IMG/VR virus record: IMGVR_UViG_3300009130_000014
Span: 1-64,000 of that record
Strand: one strand, 5' to 3'
Length of the DNA stretch: 64,000 nt
From: a virus
This document shows positions 6,082-15,728 of this stretch, piece after piece. The notes beneath the pieces are model-generated. The model had not been told where the DNA came from, did not search any database, and saw only the letters and a program-made list of their open reading frames with translations. The position numbers were made by a program, and so were the translations under genes. The number at the start of each line of letters is the position of its first letter. The first letter of the stretch is position 1.

Positions 6082-6523
6082 ATTACAACATATTGAAGAA
6101 GCTATAGATAAAAGATCCGGAGAGGTCATTATAACAAAAAAGACATTTGCTGTAAAGAGTAAGAATAAGCAAGAGTTTTTTATGGTATTTCTTTCAGGAC
6201 TAAATGCTATATGCGAACTTACTAGGCCTAGTGATATAAAGATATTAGCTTGTATGTGTGAAAGAGCTGAATATAACACAGGAGCAGTAAGGTTAACTTC
6301 AGAGGATAGAAAACAATTAGTAGATAAATTAAAAATAACATCTCAAGCATTTTCTAATTCGTTATCAAGATTAAAAGATACAGGATTAGTAACTGGTGAA
6401 AGAGGTATGTATGAGGTAAATCCTCAACATTTTTGGAAAGGTGAGACTAACGAAAGAGAAAGATTATTGAAAGCAAAGACAATGAATCTTTTAATAAAAT
6501 ACGACGAAGATGAAGAAAAATGA
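6074..6523 (+). CDS. RepL-like winged-helix DNA-binding protein
   Basis: HTH LVDKLKITSQAFSNSLSRLKDTGLV followed by GMYEVNPQHFWKG. Confidence 0.7.
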   Translation: MGKLQHIEEAIDKRSGEVIITKKTFAVKSKNKQEFFMVFLSGLNAICELTRPSDIKILACMCERAEYNTGAVRLTSEDRKQLVDKLKITSQAFSNSLSRLKDTGLVTGERGMYEVNPQHFWKGETNERERLLKAKTMNLLIKYDEDEEK

Positions 6524-7214
6524 TAATATATTAGTAATCAGTGACTTACATGCTCCTTATCATCATAAGGATGCAATAGCCTTTCTGGCTCATATAAAAA
6601 AGAAGTATAAGCCTACCAGAATTGTAAATGTAGGAGACGAAGTAGATTATCATGCTTTATCTTTTCATGCATCTGATCCAGACTTAGATTCTGCAGGGGT
6701 AGAATTAGAAAGAGCAGCATTTACTATGCAGCAATTAGAAAAATTATTTCCTGAAATGGACTTAGTTCATTCTAATCATGGAAGTATGGTGTATAGAAAG
6801 GCTAAGGTAAATGGAATGCCTCGTCATGCTCTAAAAGGATATAATGAAATATTAGGAGTAGGGGAAGGATGGAAATGGCACTCTGAAATTAAAATAGAAA
6901 TTAAAGGGTGTAAACCTATTTATGTATGTCACGGAAAGAAGAAAAATAGCGAAACATATGCAAGATCTCTCGGGTGTAATGTAATTCAAGGACATTATCA
7001 TGAAGATTTTAGAATAGGTTATGTTAATACACCAGGAGGTATAATATGGGGAATGAATGTAGGGTGCTTAATTGACGATGAAGAGCTTGCTTTTGAGTAT
7101 AATAAAATTAATCCTAATAAACCTATGTTAGGTGCCGCTATGATTATCAAAGGGAAGCCTCAATTAATTCCGATGATTTTAGACGATAAAGGAAACTGGG
7201 ATGGAAAGATCTAA
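6510..7214 (+). CDS. calcineurin-like metallophosphoesterase
   Basis: Motifs ISDLH, GDEVD, SNH, HG and GHYH. Confidence 0.9.
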   Translation: MKKNDNILVISDLHAPYHHKDAIAFLAHIKKKYKPTRIVNVGDEVDYHALSFHASDPDLDSAGVELERAAFTMQQLEKLFPEMDLVHSNHGSMVYRKAKVNGMPRHALKGYNEILGVGEGWKWHSEIKIEIKGCKPIYVCHGKKKNSETYARSLGCNVIQGHYHEDFRIGYVNTPGGIIWGMNVGCLIDDEELAFEYNKINPNKPMLGAAMIIKGKPQLIPMILDDKGNWDGKI

Positions 7215-7365
7215 TAGCGTAAAGTACATGTTTTATGATATAGATGATTTATTCACAGATACTTACGCTATTAAAAGAGAATACGAAAAAGAAAATGTAT
7301 ATTTGTCACATGATATATACTTTCTAGAAAATGGTAATTATATGACTATATTTAAAATATTATAA
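7201..7365 (+). CDS. unlisted 54-aa protein
   Basis: MERSNSVKYMFYDIDDLFTDTYAIKREYEKENVYLSHDIYFLENGNYMTIFKIL*; fills the gap, with its stop 1 nt before the next ATG. Confidence 0.55.
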   Translation: MERSNSVKYMFYDIDDLFTDTYAIKREYEKENVYLSHDIYFLENGNYMTIFKIL

Positions 7366-7366
7366 T

Positions 7367-7723
7367 ATGAACCTAACTACCAAAGTAACAAGAATAACAC
7401 ATATTAAATATTGGATAAAATTATGGAATGGTAATTTAAACCTAACTAATAAGGAAGAAGAGCTGTTATCTGAAATATTATATAGAATTATGGAATTAAA
7501 AGATAATGGTCTTGAAGAACCTTATATTTCAGATTTAGCATTTAGTATTAAATCCATGGGAGAAATTAAAGATAAACTCAATTTATCTAAACAATCTTTG
7601 TTTAATTATAAAAAGGGACTAATAAATAAAGGTGTGTTAATTAAAACAGAAACTGGGATAAAAATATCTCAAAAAATGATTCCTTGTAAAACTGTAACAT
7701 TTAAATTTGATTATGGAGAATGA
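7367..7723 (+). CDS. putative winged-helix DNA-binding protein
   Basis: IKDKLNLSKQSLFNYKKGLINKGVL HTH-like pattern. Confidence 0.6.
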   Translation: MNLTTKVTRITHIKYWIKLWNGNLNLTNKEEELLSEILYRIMELKDNGLEEPYISDLAFSIKSMGEIKDKLNLSKQSLFNYKKGLINKGVLIKTETGIKISQKMIPCKTVTFKFDYGE

Positions 7724-7979
7724 AATAAGTAATTTAAAACCTGTATCACCACAAGAACTCAATAGAAGTGATAGAAGAAAGAAATTAAAGTTTTTAAAAG
7801 AAGAACTTAAAAAACATAATAAGAAAAAACCTTCTGTAGATATTGAAGAGGTGGATGAGGATAAACAAGAAGCTCGTATTATGGAAATACAAAGATGGGC
7901 TACACATACAGGAGTTTTAATGCGTAAAATACAAGAATTAGATGAGTTTAAAAGGAATAATAAAAGGAGCAACAAATAG
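7713..7979 (+). CDS. basic hypothetical protein (LNRSDRRK motif)
   Basis: Track ORF 7707..7979, ATG at 7713. Confidence 0.7.
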   Translation: MENEISNLKPVSPQELNRSDRRKKLKFLKEELKKHNKKKPSVDIEEVDEDKQEARIMEIQRWATHTGVLMRKIQELDEFKRNNKRSNK

Positions 7980-8172
7980 AGCTCTTAAGGAAGTAGGGGC
8001 TCTAGGTAAAGATATAATTGAAACAGGTAATGAAAGAATGAAGATATGTACAGAATGTGATATCTTTGACCCTGAATTAATTAAATGTGATTCTCGTAAA
8101 GGGGGATGTGGTTGTTATATGAAAACTAAAGTATTAGTTAAAGAAGCTAAATGTCCAAAAAGTAAATGGTAA
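7942..8172 (+). CDS. small Cys-rich zinc-binding protein
   Basis: RMKICTEC...C...GCGCYMKTK...CPKSKW. Confidence 0.75.
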   Translation: MSLKGIIKGATNRALKEVGALGKDIIETGNERMKICTECDIFDPELIKCDSRKGGCGCYMKTKVLVKEAKCPKSKW

Positions 8173-8173
8173 T

Positions 8174-8488
8174 ATGGAAAAGATTAACAAAATCCCTTTT
8201 ATAATAGAAACATCAGCAGGCCTTATGTATTCAGAGCAAAGAGGTTTTACTCATGCAGAATATTATTCTAGAATGGAACATTATAATTCAAAATACAATC
8301 TTAGAAGAGAAAGCGACCCTAAAGAAGAAAATGAATTGTACCCTAAAATATATAGTAATATACGTGGATATAATGTCATTAAAGAAAAAGGGGGTGAATA
8401 TGAATACATGACGTACGAAGAATTTGACAAAGAGTTTCCTGGTTTTATAAAATATGAGAGAAATGGTAAGAAATCAACAGAAAGTTAG
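8174..8488 (+). CDS. hypothetical protein, 104 aa
   Basis: ORF track. Confidence 0.7.
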   Translation: MEKINKIPFIIETSAGLMYSEQRGFTHAEYYSRMEHYNSKYNLRRESDPKEENELYPKIYSNIRGYNVIKEKGGEYEYMTYEEFDKEFPGFIKYERNGKKSTES

Positions 8489-8594
8489 ATTCTGCGAAAT
8501 CAGACCAAAAGTTTGCGATGGAGAATGTGAAATATGCAAAGATAGAAGACCTGCCAAAAGAACAAGAGGTAAAAGAACAAAAAATGAAAGATAA
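8463..8594 (+). CDS. unlisted 43-aa basic Cys4 peptide
   Basis: MVRNQQKVRFCEIRPKVCDGECEICKDRRPAKRTRGKRTKNER*; overlaps both neighbours. Confidence 0.55.
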   Translation: MVRNQQKVRFCEIRPKVCDGECEICKDRRPAKRTRGKRTKNER

Positions 8595-8988
8595 ATATTA
8601 CACACCAGAAGCAAAAGAACTGCATATTGATTTTGAGTTTGAGTACAGTAGGAATGGAGTATGGTATGAAGAAGTAATAAACGACTTATACGATGCTTAT
8701 GATGTATGGAAAGATCATGAAGCAGGCAGACATCCTATCAGAGTCAAATACTTAGATCATGCGGATATAGAAAGCTTAGGATTTGAAATCTATGATTATG
8801 ATGATATGGATTCTTTTTCTAATGGTAATATTACGATAGAAGTAAATGGTTACACTAATGAGTTAATAGTTGAGATATGGACCAGAGCAAATACAATAGA
8901 TAAAAGTCCTGAAATGGTTTTTAAAGGTACTATCAAGAACAAAAGTGAACTTAAGAAAATATTAAAGCAGATAGGTTATGGAGGATAA
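8584..8988 (+). CDS. tandem paralog 1 (KYYTP / RVKYLD / IKNKSEL family)
   Basis: Track ORF 8518..8988; ATG 8584 aligns with the starts of the other two paralogs. Confidence 0.85.
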   Translation: MKDKYYTPEAKELHIDFEFEYSRNGVWYEEVINDLYDAYDVWKDHEAGRHPIRVKYLDHADIESLGFEIYDYDDMDSFSNGNITIEVNGYTNELIVEIWTRANTIDKSPEMVFKGTIKNKSELKKILKQIGYGG

Positions 8989-9430
8989 GTATTACACACC
9001 TACTATTGATGAATTTCATGTAGGATTTGAGTATGAACTTTATGATGATCACGCATGTGAAGGTATGTCTGATTATTATGAGGGAGAAGTTAGAACTTGG
9101 TCTAAAGAAGTATTCTATCGTTTACTACACCCTAATCATAAAGGAAATGGTGGCCATGTGGCTTGGAAAATGGATAACCTATTATCTTCTATTGAAAAAG
9201 GGGACATTAGAGTAAAATACCTAGACAGAGAAGACATTGAAAGTTTAGGGTTTGATCTTCGTTCAGAGGATGAGTTTTATTCTAAAGATAATAAGTATAA
9301 CATCTACACAGGTAATAAAAACATAGAGATTTATTCAGAAGGAGTATGTTTTATAGGAAGAATTAAAAACAAATCAGAATTAAAGAGGATACTTAAACAA
9401 ATTAAAGATGAAGAAGTACTATACACCTGA
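8978..9430 (+). CDS. tandem paralog 2
   Basis: Shares three conserved blocks with its neighbours. Confidence 0.85.
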   Translation: MEDKYYTPTIDEFHVGFEYELYDDHACEGMSDYYEGEVRTWSKEVFYRLLHPNHKGNGGHVAWKMDNLLSSIEKGDIRVKYLDREDIESLGFDLRSEDEFYSKDNKYNIYTGNKNIEIYSEGVCFIGRIKNKSELKRILKQIKDEEVLYT

Positions 9431-9815
9431 ATTAGAAGAATTCCATGAAGGATTTGAGTATGAGAAACTAATTCTAGGAACACGTTGGAATGAAGAAATT
9501 TGGGATGCTATATCTAGTTTTGATTATTCTGAGTTATACGACTTTGATGTTAAAGATTGTAGAGTCAAATACTTAGACAGAGAAGATATTGAAAGCTTAG
9601 GTTTTGAGTTGTACATATCTAAAAGTGACTACACTATTTACAAAGGTAAAGGGAAATGTTCTTTATTTAAAAACGTGTACTTAGACTTAGAAGAAGGTAT
9701 GACTGTTGAAATTCATAATAACGAAGATTTTGAAGACCATGCAACTGCTTTCTATGGAACCATCAAAAACAAAAGCGAATTAAAGAGAGTTTTAAAAATG
9801 ATAACTTATGAGTAA
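9408..9815 (+). CDS. tandem paralog 3
   Basis: Shares three conserved blocks with its neighbours. Confidence 0.85.
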   Translation: MKKYYTPELEEFHEGFEYEKLILGTRWNEEIWDAISSFDYSELYDFDVKDCRVKYLDREDIESLGFELYISKSDYTIYKGKGKCSLFKNVYLDLEEGMTVEIHNNEDFEDHATAFYGTIKNKSELKRVLKMITYE

Positions 9816-10374
9816 TTTTAACGTAGATGATAATTTTTGGAATATTCACCCTGAATTAAAAATAGCAGGGGAATTTAAATCTTTATATACTTCAGATAAA
9901 AGTAGGAATAAGGCTAATTCTAGTAAGTTAGCATGGGCAATACTACTTATATGGGATAGAGAAAGTAGATATTATAATCTCCCGGAAGAAGGAGAAGATA
10001 ACAAAATAGATTTAATCTTTGATGAACATTATGGAGATGTAACATATTATAAGAAAAATAAAGAGAAGGTATTAAGCTTACGTGATTACTACTTAAAGAT
10101 TACGGAAACGATAGCCCAAAGAACACTCAGGGGGATAGAAGAGAAATTAAGCGAGAGACATAGATTTCTTAGAAAGACTCCTTATGATGACGGAGACCCT
10201 ATTACTGATGTAGGAGAGTGGGCTAAAAGAATTGATACTATAGATAAGATGATGGAAAGAACTGAGAAGATATATAATTTATACGAAAAAGCAAGAAAAG
10301 TTGTAGAGCAAGAGCAACAAACGAATGTTATGGGAGACGCTCAAGAATCATTAAGCGATGGAGGTGAAATATGA
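9808..10374 (+). CDS. conserved helical protein upstream of the terminase (candidate small terminase subunit)
   Basis: Position and size; function inferred from synteny only. Confidence 0.45.
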   Translation: MSNFNVDDNFWNIHPELKIAGEFKSLYTSDKSRNKANSSKLAWAILLIWDRESRYYNLPEEGEDNKIDLIFDEHYGDVTYYKKNKEKVLSLRDYYLKITETIAQRTLRGIEEKLSERHRFLRKTPYDDGDPITDVGEWAKRIDTIDKMMERTEKIYNLYEKARKVVEQEQQTNVMGDAQESLSDGGEI

Positions 10375-10604
10375 AAGAGTTTTATAGAGAATTATCTGAA
10401 AAATATAATAAACCTGTTGAAGAGATCAGAAAGATATGTGAGTCTCAATTTGAATTTACTAAAGAAGTCATTCAATCAGGTGAAGATAAGCAAGTCAGGC
10501 TACAGTATTTAGGTTTATTTCAGGTAAAGCCTGGACGTAGAGAAACTGTAAGAAAGAGAAGAGAAAGGATTAAATTATATAGAGATGGAGCCAAAAAGGC
10601 ATGA
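10371..10604 (+). CDS. HU/IHF-like DNA-binding protein
   Basis: Two helices, then KQVRLQYLGLFQVKPGRR. Confidence 0.7.
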   Translation: MKEFYRELSEKYNKPVEEIRKICESQFEFTKEVIQSGEDKQVRLQYLGLFQVKPGRRETVRKRRERIKLYRDGAKKA

Positions 10605-12855
10605 TAAAATAGTAAAAAATGCTAACTTCATACACGATATAGAAAAGTATCATCCTTTATCACTTAAGTATAAAAGATACTGGAAAATGATGAAGAGAAG
10701 GTGCATAGAGGGTTATTGGAGTGAAGGTAAGTGGATGCCGGGTCAGCTTTACTATTATATCAACTTTGGAAGAATATTAATGCATGTTAAAGGGTCTAAG
10801 ACTAAAACAGTAGGTAGGCCCTTTTTACGTGATGTAGAATGGGAAAAGGCTTATGTATATATAGAAGCAAAAGGATTTTCAGGCTTTAAAGAAAGTGACA
10901 TAACATGTTCTAGATGGGTTGAAGAAATAAATAACTTAGCAGGAGAAGAGGCTAAATCTCATCTAGAAGATCTTATATCAAGAGGTAAGATAACTGAAAC
11001 AGAAGTACTTAACCCTGAACAATTTCCTGATAATCCTAAGCTTAAACCTTTTGAAGCCGCAAGAACTTTTTTAAGGAAAATACATCATACTGATTTAGGT
11101 AAGCCTTTATATAAAAATACTGCTAAGAATGTAGTGGATTTAGAGTGCAGAAGAATAGGAAAAAGTTATTTCGCAGGAAACGGTCTTATTAATCATAACT
11201 TTTTATTTGATGGGGCAACAGATTATGATGTATACCTAGATGCTATAAAACAAGGATTGCCTTTTTCTAGTGAGACTTTAGTAGGAGCTATAGATGCAAA
11301 ATATACTAAAGATTTATTATCTAAATGTCAATTAGGTTTAGATAATTTACCTGGGTCTATGACAGTAGGGGGTTCTTATTATCCTAGTCCTTTATCTAAA
11401 AAATGGAGAGGCTCGTTTGCTCCTTCTAAATACATAGAATCTGCGTATGATGTAAAGGTGAGCGGAGGATGGATCACTAAAGGGTCAAGATCTAAGGTTC
11501 ATAATAGATCATTTGCTGATAATCCGTTAGCAGGTAATGGTACAGGGCCTAACTTAGTAATACTTGAGGAATATGGATTCATGACAAACCTTATTGATTC
11601 TTTAGGTGCAATGAAAGATGCTACTTATGAAGGATCTGATAAATTCGGGGTTATATGGATGACAGGTACGGGGGGAGAAGGAGATTCTGCTGCTATCTCA
11701 GATGCAAAAGAAGTATTCTATGATCCCCATAACTATGACTGCCTTGCTTTTGAAGATATATGGGAAGAATCTGGAGATATAAGTTATTTTGTACCTTATC
11801 AAATGAGACTTGATGAATACAGAAACGATGAAGGCGTTATTGATCAAGATAGAGCCCTTAAGCAAATATCTAAGAAAAGAGATAAGCTTAAAAGTGGTAA
11901 GTCTAAAAAAGCATTGTATAGTGAAATGCAAAACAATCCACTTACCCCTAGTGAAGCCTTTATGATAGATGATACTAATATATTCCCTGTAGCAGAGTTA
12001 AAGGAACATAAAAACTGGTTAAGATCTGCTAGTGAAACCGATTCTTTTGTTAAGGGTCAATGCGGTGAGTTAGTATGGGTGCAAGGAGAGAAGGAATCAG
12101 AACTTCAATGGAAACCTGATTTAAATAATAACTTAACTCCTACATCTTTTCCTGTACGAAAAGGAGATAAAATAAATGGATGTATTCAAATATGGGAACA
12201 TCCTCAGAAAATAGGAGATAACATACCTCATGGATTATATATAGCAGGTACTGACCCTTATGATCAAGATCAGGCTGCTAATTCTGCTTCATTAGGTTCA
12301 ACATTTATTTATAAAACATTTCATACAAGTGATGGGATATATGACTGGCCTGTAGCAGAATACACAGGAAGACCTGCTACTGTATCTGAACATCATGAAA
12401 ATATAAGAAAGTTATTATTATACTATAACGCTCGTGATTTATATGAAAATGAGAGAAATAGTTTAAAGATGCACTTTGAACATAAAAATTCTTTATATTT
12501 GCTTAGTAAGACTCCAACTATACTTAAAGCAACAGAAGGTTCTAAAGTTCAAAGACAATACGGTATACATATGACGAAACATATTAAAACAGAGTTAGAA
12601 ATATATTTAAGAGATTGGTTAATAGAAGACAGAGGAGATGGTAAGTTAAATTTACATACAATCTATAGCCCTGCTTTACTAGAAGAATTAATTAGATATA
12701 ATGATACAGGGAACTTTGATAGAGTTATTGCATTTATGTTAGTAATTTTACACAGGTTACAAAATCATAAAATAAAAGTAACCGAAGTCAAAAAAGAAAA
12801 GGAGCAGGATCCGTTCTTAATTAGAGCGTTTAAAGGTAAGTTTTATGGAAAGTAG
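10585..12855 (+). CDS. terL: terminase large subunit (crAss type)
   Basis: YW..MKRRCIEGY and GQLYYYINF N-terminus, Walker A RRIGKS, Walker B LVILEE, GTGG, nuclease GTDPYD...ENE...NFDRV. Confidence 0.95.
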   Translation: MEPKRHDKIVKNANFIHDIEKYHPLSLKYKRYWKMMKRRCIEGYWSEGKWMPGQLYYYINFGRILMHVKGSKTKTVGRPFLRDVEWEKAYVYIEAKGFSGFKESDITCSRWVEEINNLAGEEAKSHLEDLISRGKITETEVLNPEQFPDNPKLKPFEAARTFLRKIHHTDLGKPLYKNTAKNVVDLECRRIGKSYFAGNGLINHNFLFDGATDYDVYLDAIKQGLPFSSETLVGAIDAKYTKDLLSKCQLGLDNLPGSMTVGGSYYPSPLSKKWRGSFAPSKYIESAYDVKVSGGWITKGSRSKVHNRSFADNPLAGNGTGPNLVILEEYGFMTNLIDSLGAMKDATYEGSDKFGVIWMTGTGGEGDSAAISDAKEVFYDPHNYDCLAFEDIWEESGDISYFVPYQMRLDEYRNDEGVIDQDRALKQISKKRDKLKSGKSKKALYSEMQNNPLTPSEAFMIDDTNIFPVAELKEHKNWLRSASETDSFVKGQCGELVWVQGEKESELQWKPDLNNNLTPTSFPVRKGDKINGCIQIWEHPQKIGDNIPHGLYIAGTDPYDQDQAANSASLGSTFIYKTFHTSDGIYDWPVAEYTGRPATVSEHHENIRKLLLYYNARDLYENERNSLKMHFEHKNSLYLLSKTPTILKATEGSKVQRQYGIHMTKHIKTELEIYLRDWLIEDRGDGKLNLHTIYSPALLEELIRYNDTGNFDRVIAFMLVILHRLQNHKIKVTEVKKEKEQDPFLIRAFKGKFYGK

Positions 12856-15286
12856 ATATTTAAAAAATGAATTAAGTGCTGTTTTGCCCGCACAAAAAAT
12901 ATCATTAGCAAAGAAGACTAAGAAATGGAGAGAGGATTGTGTAGAAGCTATTTCTAATATGGGTAATGACACTCTTCGTAATGATAGAACTTCACGTCAG
13001 TTAAAGCAGGTTAATTATGATTTAGTTAATTCTATATATGACGAACAAGACTTTAAGCATGTTACAGATCCCTATGGCTTAAATCAAGTAGGGAATCAAC
13101 CTGCAAGATTACACGATTATAATATAATAACAAATAAGATAAATCTGCTTAAAGGAGAGGAAATGTCTCGTCCATTTAACTGGACTGTAATGTCTGTTAA
13201 TGGGGATGCTATATCCGAAAAAGAACAGCAAAAAAAGGATTTATTATTATATCTTACTAAAAGCGAACTAGCTCATAAGCTAGGAATTGACTTAGAAGTA
13301 GAGCCTCCAGAAGGTGAGGATTTACCGCAATCATTTCGCGAAGTAGATGAGTATCTTAAGTATTCTTTAAAGGATATAAGAGAAGATTGGGCTTCTGATA
13401 TATTAACATACCTTAAAGAAAGAGAAAAGCTTGAACTAAAGTTTAATCAAGGGTGGGAGCACGGAATGGTGTCCACAGAAGAAGTTTATTATATAGGTAT
13501 TTCTAACAACGAGCCTAAGCTACGTGTAGTTAACCCTTTAAATTGTGACTTTGATAGGAATCCAGATAACCCTAATATAGAAGACGGAGACTGGTTTAAA
13601 GAAGAAAGATGGATGACTTCAGGTCAAATATTAGACGAATATGGAGAATATTTAAAAGAAGGAGAAATTGAAAAATTAGACAGAGGTGAATTAAGAAGAA
13701 GTCTTACTAACCAAATGTATCCTGGGTTTGCTTATTCGTCTTCGGATATACACGAAAAAGAAAAAAGAGGAGGAGGTGCTGATGCTACACATTACTTAGT
13801 AACAGAAGTATGCTGGAAAAGTATGAAGAAGATAGGCTTTGTTACTTATCCAGACGAAATGGGTGAAACTCAAGAAGGTATAGTAGATGAATCATTTAAG
13901 TTAGATGATGAAATGAAAGTGTTAGGCTATACCTTAGAATGGAGATGGATACCTGAAATATGGAAAGGTACTAAAATAGCCGAAGACTTTTACGTAAGCA
14001 TCGAGCCTATGCCTAATCAATATAGAAATATGGATAACCCTGCTGAGGTAAAATTACCTTACATAGGCTTTATCTATAACTGTACTAATACAGCTCCTAC
14101 AAGTATTGTTGATTTATTAAAACCTTATCAGTATTTATATAATATAGTATGGTTTAGATTAGAAGCTGAATTAGCAAAAGCGAAAGGTAAGAAGTTCGTA
14201 ATGGATTTAGCCCAAGTTCCTAAGAGTGAAGGGATGGACCTAGATAAATGGATGTATATGTTCGATAATGTAGGTATAGCATTTATTAACTCTTTTGAAG
14301 AAGGTAAAGATCAGTTTCAAGGACAGACTAGTCAGTTTAATCAATTCACTCAAATTGACATGACTCTTTCTCAGAGTATTGGACAGTATATTTCTATATT
14401 AGCTAAAATAGAACAAATAGCGGATAAAATAGTAGGTATAACACCTCAACGCGAGGGTAATATAGCACAACATGAGACAGTAGGAGGTGTGGATAGATCT
14501 ATCACGCAATCGAGTTATGTAACAGAGCCATGGTTTTATATGCATAACGAGGTTAAAAAGAAAGTGATGACTCACTTACTTGAGATGGCTAAATTTGCAT
14601 ATCCTGAATCTAAAAAGATTAATTATATAGTAGATGATACTCAAAGAGTTAACGTTACTATAGATATGGATAAATTCTCTGATTCAGAGTACGGAGTGTT
14701 TGTTACTAACTCAAGTAAAGAACATGCTACTTTCCAAAAGTTAGAAGGATTAGCTCAACAAGCTTTATCGAGTGGTCAAGCTAAGCTATCTGATATTATA
14801 TCAGTTTATAAAGCAACTAGTGTTGCTGAATTAAGTTCTGCTATAAAAGAATCGGAAGAAAGAACATTACAGCAAGAACAGGCTCAGGCAGAGCAAGCTC
14901 AGCAAATGCAGCAACAGCAATTACAGGCTCAAGCTCAAGAGAAAGAAGCGGATAGAATGTTTGAAGCAGAGCAGAATCAACTTGACAGAGATGTTGATAT
15001 CAGAAAGGCTGTTATTCAGAGTATGGGATTTGATCAAGATATTCAAAATAACAATCAGAATGATATGATAGAATATGGAAAACTTAGTTTAGCTGAAATG
15101 GAAGCTAGACGAAAGAGCGAAAATGAAAGTGCTAAGTTAGATAATGAGAAGAATAAAATAGAAAAAGAAGCAGAGTCTAAGGAAAAGGATAGAGCGTTAA
15201 AACGAGAAGAAATTGCTTCTAAAGAAAGAATAGAAAAACTTAAAGCCAGAACTGCCTTAAAGAATAAGGTGGCTGGAGAAAAATAA
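12845..15286 (+). CDS. portal protein
   Basis: 813 aa after TerL; LPAQK start, YNIITNKINLLKGEE, GITPQREG, Q-rich coiled-coil C-terminus. Confidence 0.92.
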   Translation: MESRYLKNELSAVLPAQKISLAKKTKKWREDCVEAISNMGNDTLRNDRTSRQLKQVNYDLVNSIYDEQDFKHVTDPYGLNQVGNQPARLHDYNIITNKINLLKGEEMSRPFNWTVMSVNGDAISEKEQQKKDLLLYLTKSELAHKLGIDLEVEPPEGEDLPQSFREVDEYLKYSLKDIREDWASDILTYLKEREKLELKFNQGWEHGMVSTEEVYYIGISNNEPKLRVVNPLNCDFDRNPDNPNIEDGDWFKEERWMTSGQILDEYGEYLKEGEIEKLDRGELRRSLTNQMYPGFAYSSSDIHEKEKRGGGADATHYLVTEVCWKSMKKIGFVTYPDEMGETQEGIVDESFKLDDEMKVLGYTLEWRWIPEIWKGTKIAEDFYVSIEPMPNQYRNMDNPAEVKLPYIGFIYNCTNTAPTSIVDLLKPYQYLYNIVWFRLEAELAKAKGKKFVMDLAQVPKSEGMDLDKWMYMFDNVGIAFINSFEEGKDQFQGQTSQFNQFTQIDMTLSQSIGQYISILAKIEQIADKIVGITPQREGNIAQHETVGGVDRSITQSSYVTEPWFYMHNEVKKKVMTHLLEMAKFAYPESKKINYIVDDTQRVNVTIDMDKFSDSEYGVFVTNSSKEHATFQKLEGLAQQALSSGQAKLSDIISVYKATSVAELSSAIKESEERTLQQEQAQAEQAQQMQQQQLQAQAQEKEADRMFEAEQNQLDRDVDIRKAVIQSMGFDQDIQNNNQNDMIEYGKLSLAEMEARRKSENESAKLDNEKNKIEKEAESKEKDRALKREEIASKERIEKLKARTALKNKVAGEK

Positions 15287-15648
15287 TGAAAAAGAGAACT
15301 AAAAAAATATATTCTAAAGGGTTGGGTAAAGACCCTTTAGGATTAATCAATGATGTATTAGAAATAGGTAAAGTATATGGTGCCAACAGAGGAGGTTCTG
15401 AAGGAAAGAAAGCCATTGACACTTCTACTAAAATACAAGCAGGTATAGGAGCTGCTCAATCGTTAGCTTCTAGTGTAGGATCTTCTAAGAAATATGATAT
15501 GGGAGAGAAGGCTAAATCCATTCCACAACCTACGGTTAATAAAGGAGAGTCTGTAAATATCCCAGGAGCAGGATTGAATTGGAAACCCGGAAAGTTCAAA
15601 TATGGACTAAAGGGAAAAAGAAAACGTTCATGTAAGTCTAAAAAATAA
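15286..15648 (+). CDS. small basic Gly/Lys-rich protein, possibly an internal virion protein
   Basis: Coupled by TAATG between the portal and scaffold genes. Confidence 0.65.
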   Translation: MKKRTKKIYSKGLGKDPLGLINDVLEIGKVYGANRGGSEGKKAIDTSTKIQAGIGAAQSLASSVGSSKKYDMGEKAKSIPQPTVNKGESVNIPGAGLNWKPGKFKYGLKGKRKRSCKSKK

Positions 15649-15728
15649 AAAGCTCGACGGTTAAGAGTTGTTATTTAAAAAGTACATGAACTTCATTGAT
15701 TTGTAATATAAACTAAATAAATTTAACT

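Noticed and set aside
8518-8583. Upstream start for paralog 1
   Set aside because: Paralog alignment places the start at 8584, and the upstream DNA encodes a separate Cys4 peptide in another frame
8584-9815. Diversity-generating retroelement template and variable repeats
   Set aside because: No reverse transcriptase in the window; differences are not adenine-specific and the variable parts are unalignable
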